This document shows positions 11,891 to 21,339 of a DNA stretch of 64,000 bases, in pieces (positions within the stretch are counted from its first letter, which is position 1; each line of letters starts with the position of its first letter). The stretch covers positions 1,771-65,770 of the forward strand of contig CAZDQC010000004.1 in assembly GCA_964507245.1 (NCBI GenBank), in the 5' to 3' direction. The position numbers were made by a program, and so were the translations under genes. Below the pieces are notes generated by a model. It was not told where the DNA came from and did not search any database. It worked only from the letters and a program-made list of their open reading frames with translations. This stretch comes from an uncultured Rhodospirillaceae bacterium. Its GTDB lineage: Bacteria; Pseudomonadota; Alphaproteobacteria; GCA-2731375.

Positions 11891-13084
11891 TCATATAACG
11901 CCGCTATTGCGTAGTTCAACGATCTCTTCTGGCGCATAGCCAAGATCGTTAAGAATTTGGTCGGTATGTTCACCCAACTCAGGTGTTGCCATGCGGATAG
12001 ATGCAGGTGTCCGGCTCAAATTAACCGCCTGCCCGACAACCTCCTGGCGTCCTAATGCAGCGCTCTCCACGACTTGGGCCATGCCAAGGTGCTGCACCTG
12101 CGGGTCGGCAAAAACTTGATCGATAGAATAAATGGGGCCACACGGCACGCCCGCGTCGTTCAATATTCCGACCCACTCATTGCTGGTTTTGTTGACCGTG
12201 ACAGCTTCAATCCGTTCATTGACAGCGTCCCGGTTGGCTGACCGCTCCGCGCCGTTTACGAAACGAGGATCGGTTCCTAGTACCGGATCACCTAACACTT
12301 CTACAAGACGGTCATAAATTTCGGCGCCAGAAGCGGCAATGTTGATATGCCCATCGGAAGTCTTAAAAACACCTGTGGGAATTGATGTTGGATGATTATT
12401 ACCGGCCTGCGGAGGCACATCCTTGGCCAAAAGCCACCGTGCAGCCTGAAAATCCAGCATGGCGATTTGTGCCTGCAATAAGGATGACTGAACCCATTGA
12501 CCTTCGCCGGAGACCTCGCGCTCCAACAAGGCAATGAGAATTCCCTGGGCGCAGAACACGCCTGCCGTCAGATCCGCAATGGGAATACCCGCTCTCATTG
12601 GCCCCTCACCGGGAGCACCAGTGATTGACATTAAGCCACCCATGCCCTGCGCGATTTGATCAAAGCCCGGCCGCGCCATATACGGGCCATCCTGCCCAAA
12701 ACCAGAAATTGAGCCATAAACAAGACCGGGGTTGATTGATGCAAGGCTTTCGTAATCAATACCAAGCCGGTGCTTTACATCCGGACGGTAGTTTTCTATG
12801 AGCACATCAATTTCGGCCACTAAACGTCGAAATACTTCCATGCCGGCGTCAGATTTTAAATTTAATGTCATGCCTCTTTTATTACGGTGGATATTTTGAA
12901 AATCCGGTCCTAGGCGCGGACCGCCCATACCTTCACCAGCATCCGGTTGCGGTGGAACTTCAACCTTGATGACGTCGGCACCCCAATCTGCTAATTGCCG
13001 CGCGGCCGTCGGTCCGGCACGGACACGGGTTAAATCCAAAACTTTGAACCGCGACAGAGGCCCTTTGGCAGTAAGTTCGTTCAT
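11891..13084 (-). CDS. Family III CoA transferase (CaiB/BaiF family)
   Basis: 397 aa. The N-terminal LSRFKVLDLTRVRAGPTAARQLADWGADVIKVE is the canonical CaiB/BaiF signature. Confidence 0.85.
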   Translation of the reverse strand: MNELTAKGPLSRFKVLDLTRVRAGPTAARQLADWGADVIKVEVPPQPDAGEGMGGPRLGPDFQNIHRNKRGMTLNLKSDAGMEVFRRLVAEIDVLIENYRPDVKHRLGIDYESLASINPGLVYGSISGFGQDGPYMARPGFDQIAQGMGGLMSITGAPGEGPMRAGIPIADLTAGVFCAQGILIALLEREVSGEGQWVQSSLLQAQIAMLDFQAARWLLAKDVPPQAGNNHPTSIPTGVFKTSDGHINIAASGAEIYDRLVEVLGDPVLGTDPRFVNGAERSANRDAVNERIEAVTVNKTSNEWVGILNDAGVPCGPIYSIDQVFADPQVQHLGMAQVVESAALGRQEVVGQAVNLSRTPASIRMATPELGEHTDQILNDLGYAPEEIVELRNSGVI

Positions 13085-13105
13085 ATCCGGAATTCCATTT
13101 AAATT

Positions 13106-14038
13106 ATGTTAGTTCCTATTTGGATGACCTGTGGCCCTTTGGCAAGTTTCCTGGTCTATGATGCACGCGTGCAGGAAAAAAAAACGCATATCGGTATTCT
13201 GCTATTTTTAGCCGCCCTCGGTTTTATCACCATTATCGATACCGGCGCCAAATACATGACCGCCGATCTTCCGCCTTTGGTACTAGTTTGGGGATATTTC
13301 TTAGGCATTTTCGCATCAGTTTGTGTTCTCGCACTTACCAAAGGCAGCCATTTGCCCCAGGAAATATCCTCTCGTCGGCTAGTACTACATTTTGGTCGTG
13401 CTGGCCTATTGGTTGCATCAATTAGTTTTGCCTTTATTGCCCTACGTTTCATGACGTTGGCAGATGTCACTGCAATTAGTTTCACCGCGCCATTGTTTAT
13501 CACCGTGCTCGCGGTTCTTTTTTTGGGTGAAAAAGTGGACAGAGCACGTTGGCTAGCCGTCCTTGTCGGATTGGCAGGCGTCCTAATTGTGGTGCGACCG
13601 GGCAGCGGTCTACTCAGCTGGGGATCTTTGCTTCCCCTATTGACAGCACTGACCTTTGCTGGATTTCAGATCGTCACCAGGCTAATTGCAACGACAGAAA
13701 ATACTTTTGCCACCCTATTTTATACAGGCTTATTCGGCCTGATTTGGAGCAGCCTGGCACTACCTTTCGTTTGGCAATCACCTCACACCTGGCACTGGCT
13801 CGCGTTTCTTATGCAGGGAGCCTTAGGCGTTGCAGCCCATCTTTGCATGATCAAGGCGTTTTCCTTAGCGGAAGCATCTCTGTTGGCACCGTTCAATTAT
13901 TCAAAACTGATCTGGGCTACGGTGGCTGGGTATATTGTTTTTGGGAATGTCCCCACCTGGAACACCTTGGCCGGCGCGTCAGTCATCGCCCTAGCCGGAT
14001 TGTTCATCATGATGCATGAGCGTCGCAAGCACGAGTAG
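13106..14038 (+). CDS. DMT superfamily (EamA-like) transporter
   Basis: About 10 predicted TM helices arranged as two EamA repeats. The true start may be the GTG at 13169 (MQEKKTHIGILLF...), just before the first TM helix. Confidence 0.7.
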   Translation: MLVPIWMTCGPLASFLVYDARVQEKKTHIGILLFLAALGFITIIDTGAKYMTADLPPLVLVWGYFLGIFASVCVLALTKGSHLPQEISSRRLVLHFGRAGLLVASISFAFIALRFMTLADVTAISFTAPLFITVLAVLFLGEKVDRARWLAVLVGLAGVLIVVRPGSGLLSWGSLLPLLTALTFAGFQIVTRLIATTENTFATLFYTGLFGLIWSSLALPFVWQSPHTWHWLAFLMQGALGVAAHLCMIKAFSLAEASLLAPFNYSKLIWATVAGYIVFGNVPTWNTLAGASVIALAGLFIMMHERRKHE

Positions 14039-14327
14039 AAATATTGATCCCTGTGGCCAAGTCAAATAAAGGGATTTCAACATCAAAAGGGAGGAAATTA
14101 ATCCCTCTATCATTTGATAATATACCCTGTTTTCTCATTATTAAATTCTGAATCATCATCAAGTTCTGGTTCCCCGTCATCACCCAATAAGAGTACAAAT
14201 TGTCTTTTAAATGGAAAAGCTAGATCATGAGGCGTGGTGATCACCTGACGATTTTAGGAGGTATTTCCTGACATACCCGATTTCGCTACCATTATGGGAT
14301 AGTTCTTCCTAACACAGGAGTAAAGCC

Positions 14328-15185
14328 ATGCCTGCCCATTCCTCCGCCGCAGGTTCCGAACTAGATATCAGCACAACGACCGTGACTGCGCGCAAGGCCT
14401 TAGCGTACGCAGCAGGCATCATGGATACTAGTACCCAAGTTTTTAATGATGACCGTCCCGGCGGGATTACTACTCCGCCGCAGTTCTGTGTTTCCCTGGA
14501 ATGGCCCGTGGTGAATGGCAACCTCTCACGCAGTGTCGTTGGCATGCCACCGAAAGAACGGGTACGCAACGTACATGCCAGTCAGGATTCCATTTTTCAC
14601 CAAACTATTCATCCGGGCATGAACCTGTCCACAACTGGGACTATCGCTGCCATTCGGCGAACGCGCGCCGGGGCCCTGACGCTAACTAAACTGACGACTG
14701 TTGATGCCGACACCGGGCAACCGGTAGTTACTTCGTGGTCCACCGGAATTGCGCGTGACGTAGAGGTCGTTGGTGAGGACGTCAACCTGGAGCACCCTCC
14801 AGCATTACCCGAGGCAGGATCCGAGGTCATGAAAACCGTCGAAATCTTTGTGCCGCGGGAAATGTCCCATACCTATACGGAATGTGCCGATATCTGGAAC
14901 CCGATCCATACCGAGCGCGAAGTAGCTATTGCGTCTGGATTACCGGATATTATCCTTCATGGCACTGCCACATGGGCCTTAGCGGGTAGGGAAATAATTC
15001 GGCTGTGTTGTGGCAGCGATCCATCCAGGTTAAGTCGACTATTCGGGCGCTTCACGGCGATGGTGATCCCAGGTACTACAATCCGAGCGGAAATTCGGGA
15101 GCCATCAGAAGGGGTGATCGGGTTTTCAGTTTACAATGACCGTAACCAGTCGGCCATCTCTGACGGTGTGGCTATCATCGGATAG
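14328..15185 (+). CDS. MaoC-like (double hotdog) dehydratase / enoyl-CoA hydratase family
   Basis: 285 aa with an N-terminal hotdog-like half and a C-terminal MaoC dehydratase half. Confidence 0.7.
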   Translation: MPAHSSAAGSELDISTTTVTARKALAYAAGIMDTSTQVFNDDRPGGITTPPQFCVSLEWPVVNGNLSRSVVGMPPKERVRNVHASQDSIFHQTIHPGMNLSTTGTIAAIRRTRAGALTLTKLTTVDADTGQPVVTSWSTGIARDVEVVGEDVNLEHPPALPEAGSEVMKTVEIFVPREMSHTYTECADIWNPIHTEREVAIASGLPDIILHGTATWALAGREIIRLCCGSDPSRLSRLFGRFTAMVIPGTTIRAEIREPSEGVIGFSVYNDRNQSAISDGVAIIG

Positions 15186-15226
15186 ATTCCGCAAGAAATT
15201 GGTATAAACACGACGGAGTTCAACGC

Positions 15227-16462
15227 ATGGATATGCGACTGACGAGTCGCCAGAAAAAATTGATCGACCGGGCCCGAGAATTGGCCATGGAATGTTTTGC
15301 CCCCCGTGCCGCTAACTTGGACCGTACCGCCGAATTCCCCTTTGCGGATTATGATGATCTGCGTGATGCGGGATTTCTAGGCCTATGTGTGCCGGAAGAA
15401 TATGGTGGTCTTGGCGCGGATTTGGAAACCTATTGCCTGGTTTCCGAGCAGATCGCCCAAGGTAACGCTTCCACAGCCCTGTCCTACAACATGCATTGCT
15501 TAACCATGCTGATGATGGGCGAAATGGCCGATGCCCATGAAATGAGCGAAGTAAAACGTGCCCGACATGAGGTGCTGAGGGCGGCAAATTTTTGTGAAGT
15601 CATCGAAAAGAATGTTTTTTATGGGCAGCCTCATAGCGAACCAGTGGAAGAAGGTGAAACTGATCATGTTTTCAAGGTAGGCGGGCGTCGCTTTGGGACA
15701 ACAGCAGACAAAACTGAAGGCGGATATCGGCTCAACGGTCGAAAATTTTTTGTCTCTTTGTCCGGTGCCGCCGACTATTTTGCAACGCCGGCAATCTTGA
15801 ACGAAGACGGCCCTTTCGTCGAACGAACCCTGTACCTCAAAGTACCGTGTGATGCTCCAGGCGTCACCTTTACGGGTGAATGGGACCCAATTGGCATGCG
15901 GGCAACCGTGAGTCGCGACATGGAATTAGAGAATGTTCTTGTTCCCGAAGAGTCCGAAATATTGCCCCCTGGCGTTTTTGGCGGGCTCTATTTGACATCC
16001 GCTCATGGTCCGTTGCTATTTTCAGCAACATTTCTCGGTATCATGCAAGCCGCGTACAACTACACATTGGATTACCTGACGGGCGGAGTGCCAGGCTCTC
16101 CAGCAAAAGACCAAATTGGACCAGTAATGGGGAACAGCATCGCCCATATGTTGTTCATGGTGGAAGCAGCCCGCGCCTTATATTATAGATCAATATCTGA
16201 AGCAAAATTACGACCTACACACGAAATTCGGCAAAGGGCGCGCGCTGCCCATATGACTATTCAGAAAACCGTGGTCGAGGTAGCCCAGGAGGCCATCCGC
16301 GTTTGCGGTGGCCGTGCCCTGCTTAAAAAATATCCACTTGAAAGGTTTCTCCGGGACGCACAGGCCGCTTCAGTTATGCGGCCATGGACAAGAGAGATTG
16401 CCACGCAAGCGACCTGGGAAAGCGCCATAGAACACGTTCGCAAGAAGAATAACGCGCAATAA
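15227..16462 (+). CDS. Acyl-CoA dehydrogenase family protein
   Basis: 411 aa with ACAD three-domain signatures. It follows the MaoC gene after a 41-nt gap. Confidence 0.85.
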   Translation: MDMRLTSRQKKLIDRARELAMECFAPRAANLDRTAEFPFADYDDLRDAGFLGLCVPEEYGGLGADLETYCLVSEQIAQGNASTALSYNMHCLTMLMMGEMADAHEMSEVKRARHEVLRAANFCEVIEKNVFYGQPHSEPVEEGETDHVFKVGGRRFGTTADKTEGGYRLNGRKFFVSLSGAADYFATPAILNEDGPFVERTLYLKVPCDAPGVTFTGEWDPIGMRATVSRDMELENVLVPEESEILPPGVFGGLYLTSAHGPLLFSATFLGIMQAAYNYTLDYLTGGVPGSPAKDQIGPVMGNSIAHMLFMVEAARALYYRSISEAKLRPTHEIRQRARAAHMTIQKTVVEVAQEAIRVCGGRALLKKYPLERFLRDAQAASVMRPWTREIATQATWESAIEHVRKKNNAQ

Positions 16463-16590
16463 CTTAAATAGGTTTATTCTTCGGCGTACTCATCAAGCAA
16501 TTCAGTATCAATTGCTAACAAACGGCCTCCCCATTGCATCCAAGTAACGCTCCTGAAATTTTGAGACCGTGCCGTTACTCATCCCATTCA

Positions 16591-17505
16591 TTAAGGTCCA
16601 TCGCCGCCCTTGTTCCAACCCGGCTTGTCTCCAGTGCCGGAATTGCCCGCCCCACGAACAGGAGTGAGGGGCAACGCAAAACCCTGGTTGAATGCAGCCC
16701 GTGCAATCACCACAAATTTCATCCACCAGCCGCCTAACACAGCCAATAAAGCACCAGTGACAACCAACCAAGGCCCTAACGGTCCAACAAATAAACCCAA
16801 GACAATTAGAATTACAGGTGCCAAATGCCCAGCAAAATTTATTGGCACTGCCGCGTTGTTCAAGACTTCCAATGCCTTTGCAGGTGCGCCGGTATCCGTC
16901 AGATCAGCAACATATCGTCGCCACGCCAACCACCGCCCCAAAAGCAGAACCACCAGCAACACCATCATCCAAACATACAGACTTGCCAGTAAAGACGTCG
17001 TAATCAGGATAAAGCCTGCGCCTTCCGTAAAGCCAGTTATGATAATTACAGGTATAAGACCGGGATGGCGCCAGGCCGGTATACCCTTGGAGGCATGGAG
17101 AATTTGCGCCTGGCAGTATAGATACAGCGCCGCCAGCAATGCCGTCACCCAAATGGCGGGCATAGCCAGAGACGCCACAGGCCAAAAGGGACCAGCCGTA
17201 ACCACCGCCAAAATTGTTGCAGGCAGGAGCCAAGTGGACACAAATGCCTCTCGTGTCATCCAGCTGGTTTGGGGATGGTAGAACACGTGCATAGCGCGCC
17301 AGGGACGCCCGATTTCTAACCAGACGCAAAGCAAACCAACTCCGACCAAGATCACTCCCAGTACACCTAAAGGCCAATAGGCAACCCCTTGGGCTGAGGC
17401 CATGGCTGCCAAGATAACCAGCCCGGCGCCACTGCCGCCGCCGATGAAATTTCCCGCTGCGCGCCAGTCCCAATTTGTCTGATGCCAGGGTTCAATCCGG
17501 CTCAT
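16591..17505 (-). CDS. Integral membrane anchor subunit of the molybdoenzyme complex (NrfD/DmsC/PadD-like)
   Basis: 304 aa, very hydrophobic, about 8 TM helices. The ATG at 17505 overlaps the Fe-S gene by 14 nt. The opposite-strand ORF 16610-17281 is low-complexity (Pro/Ala/Thr-rich) and is rejected. Confidence 0.65.
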   Translation of the reverse strand: MSRIEPWHQTNWDWRAAGNFIGGGSGAGLVILAAMASAQGVAYWPLGVLGVILVGVGLLCVWLEIGRPWRAMHVFYHPQTSWMTREAFVSTWLLPATILAVVTAGPFWPVASLAMPAIWVTALLAALYLYCQAQILHASKGIPAWRHPGLIPVIIITGFTEGAGFILITTSLLASLYVWMMVLLVVLLLGRWLAWRRYVADLTDTGAPAKALEVLNNAAVPINFAGHLAPVILIVLGLFVGPLGPWLVVTGALLAVLGGWWMKFVVIARAAFNQGFALPLTPVRGAGNSGTGDKPGWNKGGDGP

Positions 17506-18151
17506 GGTTCTTGTCCCAGATGTAATAGAAGCCGGGATCGGTGCCTAATTCTTCATGCATACGGAAGGTTTGGTTCTCTGCTAGCAGCCTGCTAACATTA
17601 CTGTCAGGATCATCTCGATCACCGAACGTCAAGGCATCGGCGATACAGGAATTGACACAGGCTGGTGTCACTTCCGGATCCACGCCCGGGGTTTGTCCGG
17701 TCTCCTTCGCCTGATCGATGCGGTCCTGGCAGAAATTGCATTTCATGGCCACCGACATGCGCTTGTCGTCAAAGCGCGCCTCTTCATGAGCCATAGCCTC
17801 TTTCTCATAGGCGAGGTCTCTTTTATGCACGATATGGCGTGCCTGATATGGGCACGCTACGGCGCAATAGCCACAGCCAATGCACAGATCGTAATCAATT
17901 TCAACAATGCCATCAGGCCGAATTTTAGTGGCGGTAGAGGGGCAAACATGTTCGCAGGGCGGATTTGCGCAATGCATGCAACCTACGGGCACGAAGGTGC
18001 GTTGCACTTGCGGATAGGTTCCAGTTTCCATGTCCAGAACCTGACGCCATTGCACGCCAGGCGGGGTGGCATTGGCAAGCTTGCAGGCCGCCGTACAGGT
18101 TTGGCAGCCCACACATCGGCGTAAATCCGCTGCCATGACATAACGAGTCAT
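17492..18151 (-). CDS. 4Fe-4S ferredoxin-type subunit (DmsB/PadC-like, four-cluster)
   Basis: ORF 17492-18289. The ATG at 18151 (MTRYVMAADLRRCVGCQTC...) overlaps the catalytic-subunit stop as ATGA. There are four CxxCxxCxxxCP-type motifs. Confidence 0.8.
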   Translation of the reverse strand: MTRYVMAADLRRCVGCQTCTAACKLANATPPGVQWRQVLDMETGTYPQVQRTFVPVGCMHCANPPCEHVCPSTATKIRPDGIVEIDYDLCIGCGYCAVACPYQARHIVHKRDLAYEKEAMAHEEARFDDKRMSVAMKCNFCQDRIDQAKETGQTPGVDPEVTPACVNSCIADALTFGDRDDPDSNVSRLLAENQTFRMHEELGTDPGFYYIWDKNHEPD

Positions 18152-20874
18152 GCCGCACCTTCCAACTTGTGCACCCCGACCCGAACAATATCGGCCGAGG
18201 AGCCGGTCGCATCCGTCAATGCCAATGACATTGGGACCACTGTGTTCATACTGGGTGCCGGATTGTCCTTGGAATAGGGCGTAACCCAATGGTCGAATTG
18301 CCCTTGGATCAAAATGGTATCCGGTCGAATGCCCTGTTTCAATGCTACCCGTCCCTTGGTGGAACGCAGAGTGGACTTAATTTCCACCAGGTCACCTTCT
18401 TCTATACCCATTTCCTGCGCACGACTGGTGTTCATTATCATTGCGCGATGACCGTGCATATTTTTTGCTACTTCGTCTATCATCTGGTTAGAACTATTCG
18501 AACCCCAGGCCAACTGCATACTGCGCGAGGTAAGCAACCAGAAGGGGTAATCCTCCAACTTGCCACCGGAGTTGACTGTGGCTTGTTCCCAGATACCTGG
18601 GAAATCCTTCCATGGCGGCAAGGCCTCGTATTCCTTCAGTTGCTCGTCCCACCATTCAATGCCCTTTTCATGCAGGCGGTTACCAAGCTGCTTGCCGACA
18701 CGCAGTAATTGTTCTTGATAGGGCATCTCAAACCTCAGGCCCTGTTTCTTGAGTTCTGGAAACAAGTACCAGATCAACCTGGAAATAGGCCGGGTACGCA
18801 TGCCGTGTTCCTTGTACCACGCGAGGCCGTCGGTCTCGGCCCCATCAGTCAACTCGGCAGAAGCCGCTTTACACATGGCTTCCCAAATATCCTCTGCTTC
18901 GTGGACCTGCTCCACATCCAAGCTAAAGTCATAATTACCACCCCTCAAGGGCACGCCTCCGGCGCCGCGATTGATGGCGTTGTTGTAATTCTCCAATACA
19001 CCTGCACGTTTTGCGATTTCCGTCGCAATGTCAGTAAAATCCCTGGTATCTCCAAGCGGCTTGATCGCAGGTTGACGAAGGGCTACGCCTTCGTGATCCC
19101 AATAACTTTCGGAAAACTTAGTGCCACCAACCCGGATTAATTGCGTGCTTTCAAAATCAGTGCATTCCGGCAACAGCACGTCCGCCATGTGATTGGTTTC
19201 ATCCCGAATGTAGGCAAAAGAAACCACAAACGGAAATTCAGAAATACGCTCCGTTACGGACTTGGTGTCCCAGAACGAGATGGCTGGGTTCGTGCGGTAT
19301 ACGAACCATAAATCCGGCTTCGACACCTTGTTCCAATTTTCCGGGCTTTCGTTACTCCACATCCAAGCCAAATGCGTCGGACCAAGTGCCTGGCTCCACG
19401 GAGATGAGGCGGATAAAGGCACCAGTGTATCGTGTGCATTACGCGCGCTTGGATTTTCTTGCCAATTTTCTTTGTCCGTTGGGTTCATAGGATAATTCAT
19501 AAAACCATCGGGGCCTGGAGAAACCGATGCCTGACGCGTAGTCGCAGGACGGTTCAAACGTACTGTCGTGCCCAGAGTGCCGCCAGGCACCTCCAAAGCG
19601 CCAACAAGGCAAGCCAATAGTGTACGACCCCAGCAGCTTTCATATCCGCCCCAACCATTATTCACTGTTTTACCAAGAATTACCGCCACCGGACGCAAGG
19701 GAAGTTCTTCCCCGTCGATTACCGTCGTCGCGCCGACCTGAGCATACGAAACAAATTCATCAGCAATCCGGCGGATGCAACCGTCTGGCACCTGACAAAT
19801 TTCCTCGGCCCATTCCGGCGTATATTGCTCCATCTGCTTAACCAGATGGTCAAAGGCGGTTTGTACCTGGATCTCTTCGTGCTCCCATTCCTCATCGTCC
19901 GGACCCAGTTCAATGCCCGACGCCGTAAAGGTGCCTTCTAATGCGGGAGTAATATCCGGTGTATCAAAGGGTACCGGGGCACCCCGTTTGGTATCCCACA
20001 GCAACGGTTTTTGCGTTACCAGATCGCGTAGGAAATAGCCATTCGGCGCAACTAAATATGGACTCCCAGTGTGGTCGCGCAGAAACTGTATATCCAGACG
20101 CTCTCGGGGCATCTCATGTAACATCACATTCATAAGGCCAAACATAAAGGCTGGGTCAGTCTTGGGACGGATCGGCACCCATTCGGCGGAACAGGCACCG
20201 GTAATTGACAAATGTGGTTCGATCTGCACACGCTTGGCACCGCGTACGCGGGCGTCCGCATGACGGGAAACACCCATAACTCCATGGGAAGCCTCCGGAT
20301 TGCCTCCAAACGAAAGAATGTAATTCGATGTCGGTGTATCGGCAGCGACCGTAAAGCCGCGGTGCCACAATTCCCCATATAAATGTTCGGAGTGAGTACA
20401 CTTCACCCCTTGCCCGGAACCAAAGCTGAAATCTACTGCACCCCATGCAGCGAGAAATGCGGGGAAAGTCCCCATATAATAGGTTGGCGTGCCACCACCG
20501 CCAAATGAAGCTGCAACCCGGGCATAACCATTTTCATCGCGTACACCCTTAGCCTTGATTTCCTTCAACTTTCCAGCGACTAAATCCAACGCCTCGTCCC
20601 AAGATATGGGAACGAAGCCAGGGTCCTCGTTACGGCCCTTTTTGGGATTAGTCCGTTTCATAGGCGTCAGCAGTCGGTTAGGATTATAGGTTTTTTGCAC
20701 TAGGCCATAGGCCTTGACGCAGGCCCGCCCAGCACCGGGATGTACGTCCTTCAACGCGAAGTTCGGTTCCACTTCCGTGGCGACTCCACCCTCCACCTTG
20801 ACCGTCAAGAAATCGGGCCCGGCAACGCATTGATAACAATATTGCGCAAATTTTTTTGATTTGCCCATACTCAA
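18148..20874 (-). CDS. Molybdopterin (bis-PGD) oxidoreductase catalytic subunit, DMSO-reductase family, no Tat signal
   Basis: 908 aa. It has an N-terminal Cys motif region (CYQC...C), molybdopterin oxidoreductase core domains and a C-terminal molybdopterin dinucleotide-binding domain. The N-terminus has no twin-arginine motif. Confidence 0.85.
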   Translation of the reverse strand: MSMGKSKKFAQYCYQCVAGPDFLTVKVEGGVATEVEPNFALKDVHPGAGRACVKAYGLVQKTYNPNRLLTPMKRTNPKKGRNEDPGFVPISWDEALDLVAGKLKEIKAKGVRDENGYARVAASFGGGGTPTYYMGTFPAFLAAWGAVDFSFGSGQGVKCTHSEHLYGELWHRGFTVAADTPTSNYILSFGGNPEASHGVMGVSRHADARVRGAKRVQIEPHLSITGACSAEWVPIRPKTDPAFMFGLMNVMLHEMPRERLDIQFLRDHTGSPYLVAPNGYFLRDLVTQKPLLWDTKRGAPVPFDTPDITPALEGTFTASGIELGPDDEEWEHEEIQVQTAFDHLVKQMEQYTPEWAEEICQVPDGCIRRIADEFVSYAQVGATTVIDGEELPLRPVAVILGKTVNNGWGGYESCWGRTLLACLVGALEVPGGTLGTTVRLNRPATTRQASVSPGPDGFMNYPMNPTDKENWQENPSARNAHDTLVPLSASSPWSQALGPTHLAWMWSNESPENWNKVSKPDLWFVYRTNPAISFWDTKSVTERISEFPFVVSFAYIRDETNHMADVLLPECTDFESTQLIRVGGTKFSESYWDHEGVALRQPAIKPLGDTRDFTDIATEIAKRAGVLENYNNAINRGAGGVPLRGGNYDFSLDVEQVHEAEDIWEAMCKAASAELTDGAETDGLAWYKEHGMRTRPISRLIWYLFPELKKQGLRFEMPYQEQLLRVGKQLGNRLHEKGIEWWDEQLKEYEALPPWKDFPGIWEQATVNSGGKLEDYPFWLLTSRSMQLAWGSNSSNQMIDEVAKNMHGHRAMIMNTSRAQEMGIEEGDLVEIKSTLRSTKGRVALKQGIRPDTILIQGQFDHWVTPYSKDNPAPSMNTVVPMSLALTDATGSSADIVRVGVHKLEGAA

Positions 20875-20880
20875 ATCCTT

Positions 20881-21294
20881 CTATGGCAGAACCGCCTCAC
20901 CCTCGATCTCAACCATAGCGTTGGGGTCTAACAAACGGCTGACCTCCACTAACGTCATGGCCGGAAAATTCTTGCCTAAATGCTGCCCCCAAGCCGCACC
21001 CACCGCCGCGCCGGCGGCGTTGAAGGCATCCAAGTCAGTAACATAAGCGCGCAGCATGACAATATGCTCTGGGTCGCCACCGGCAGCTTTCAAGATTGAC
21101 ACCAAATTCCCGAGGGCTTGTTCCCACTGTCCGCCGAAATCCAATCCTACCTGGACTGGAACGTCGCCACGTTCACCACCCACTTGCCCCGCGATGCGCA
21201 AAATTTTGCTACCATTTGCGACCACGCCCCAGGAAAATCCCCGCGCTCGGTCCCAACCTTCGGGCATGACAGACTGATAATCGATCGCGCTCAT
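20881..21294 (-). CDS. ridA: RidA family protein (YjgF/enamine-imine deaminase)
   Basis: 137 aa RidA fold. Its stop lies only 6 nt upstream of the Mo-enzyme gene start, so the two are probably co-transcribed. Confidence 0.8.
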   Translation of the reverse strand: MSAIDYQSVMPEGWDRARGFSWGVVANGSKILRIAGQVGGERGDVPVQVGLDFGGQWEQALGNLVSILKAAGGDPEHIVMLRAYVTDLDAFNAAGAAVGAAWGQHLGKNFPAMTLVEVSRLLDPNAMVEIEGEAVLP

Positions 21295-21339
21295 TTCGAT
21301 TGTCTCCAGCGATTATTTATCTCCTAACAAAATAACCCG

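Noticed and set aside
13176-13184. A9 homopolymer near the 5' end of the DMT transporter ORF as a possible phase-variation tract
   Set aside because: It probably lies upstream of the true GTG start or encodes only Lys-Lys. There is no contingency-locus context.
16610-17281. 223-aa plus-strand ORF opposite the membrane anchor gene
   Set aside because: It is low-complexity (Pro/Ala/Thr-rich). The minus-strand frame encodes a coherent 8-TM anchor that is translationally coupled to the Fe-S subunit.
18289-19140. Plus-strand ORFs 18289-18708 and 18709-19140 inside the molybdopterin subunit gene
   Set aside because: They are shadow ORFs within a 908-aa minus-strand gene that has clear family motifs.
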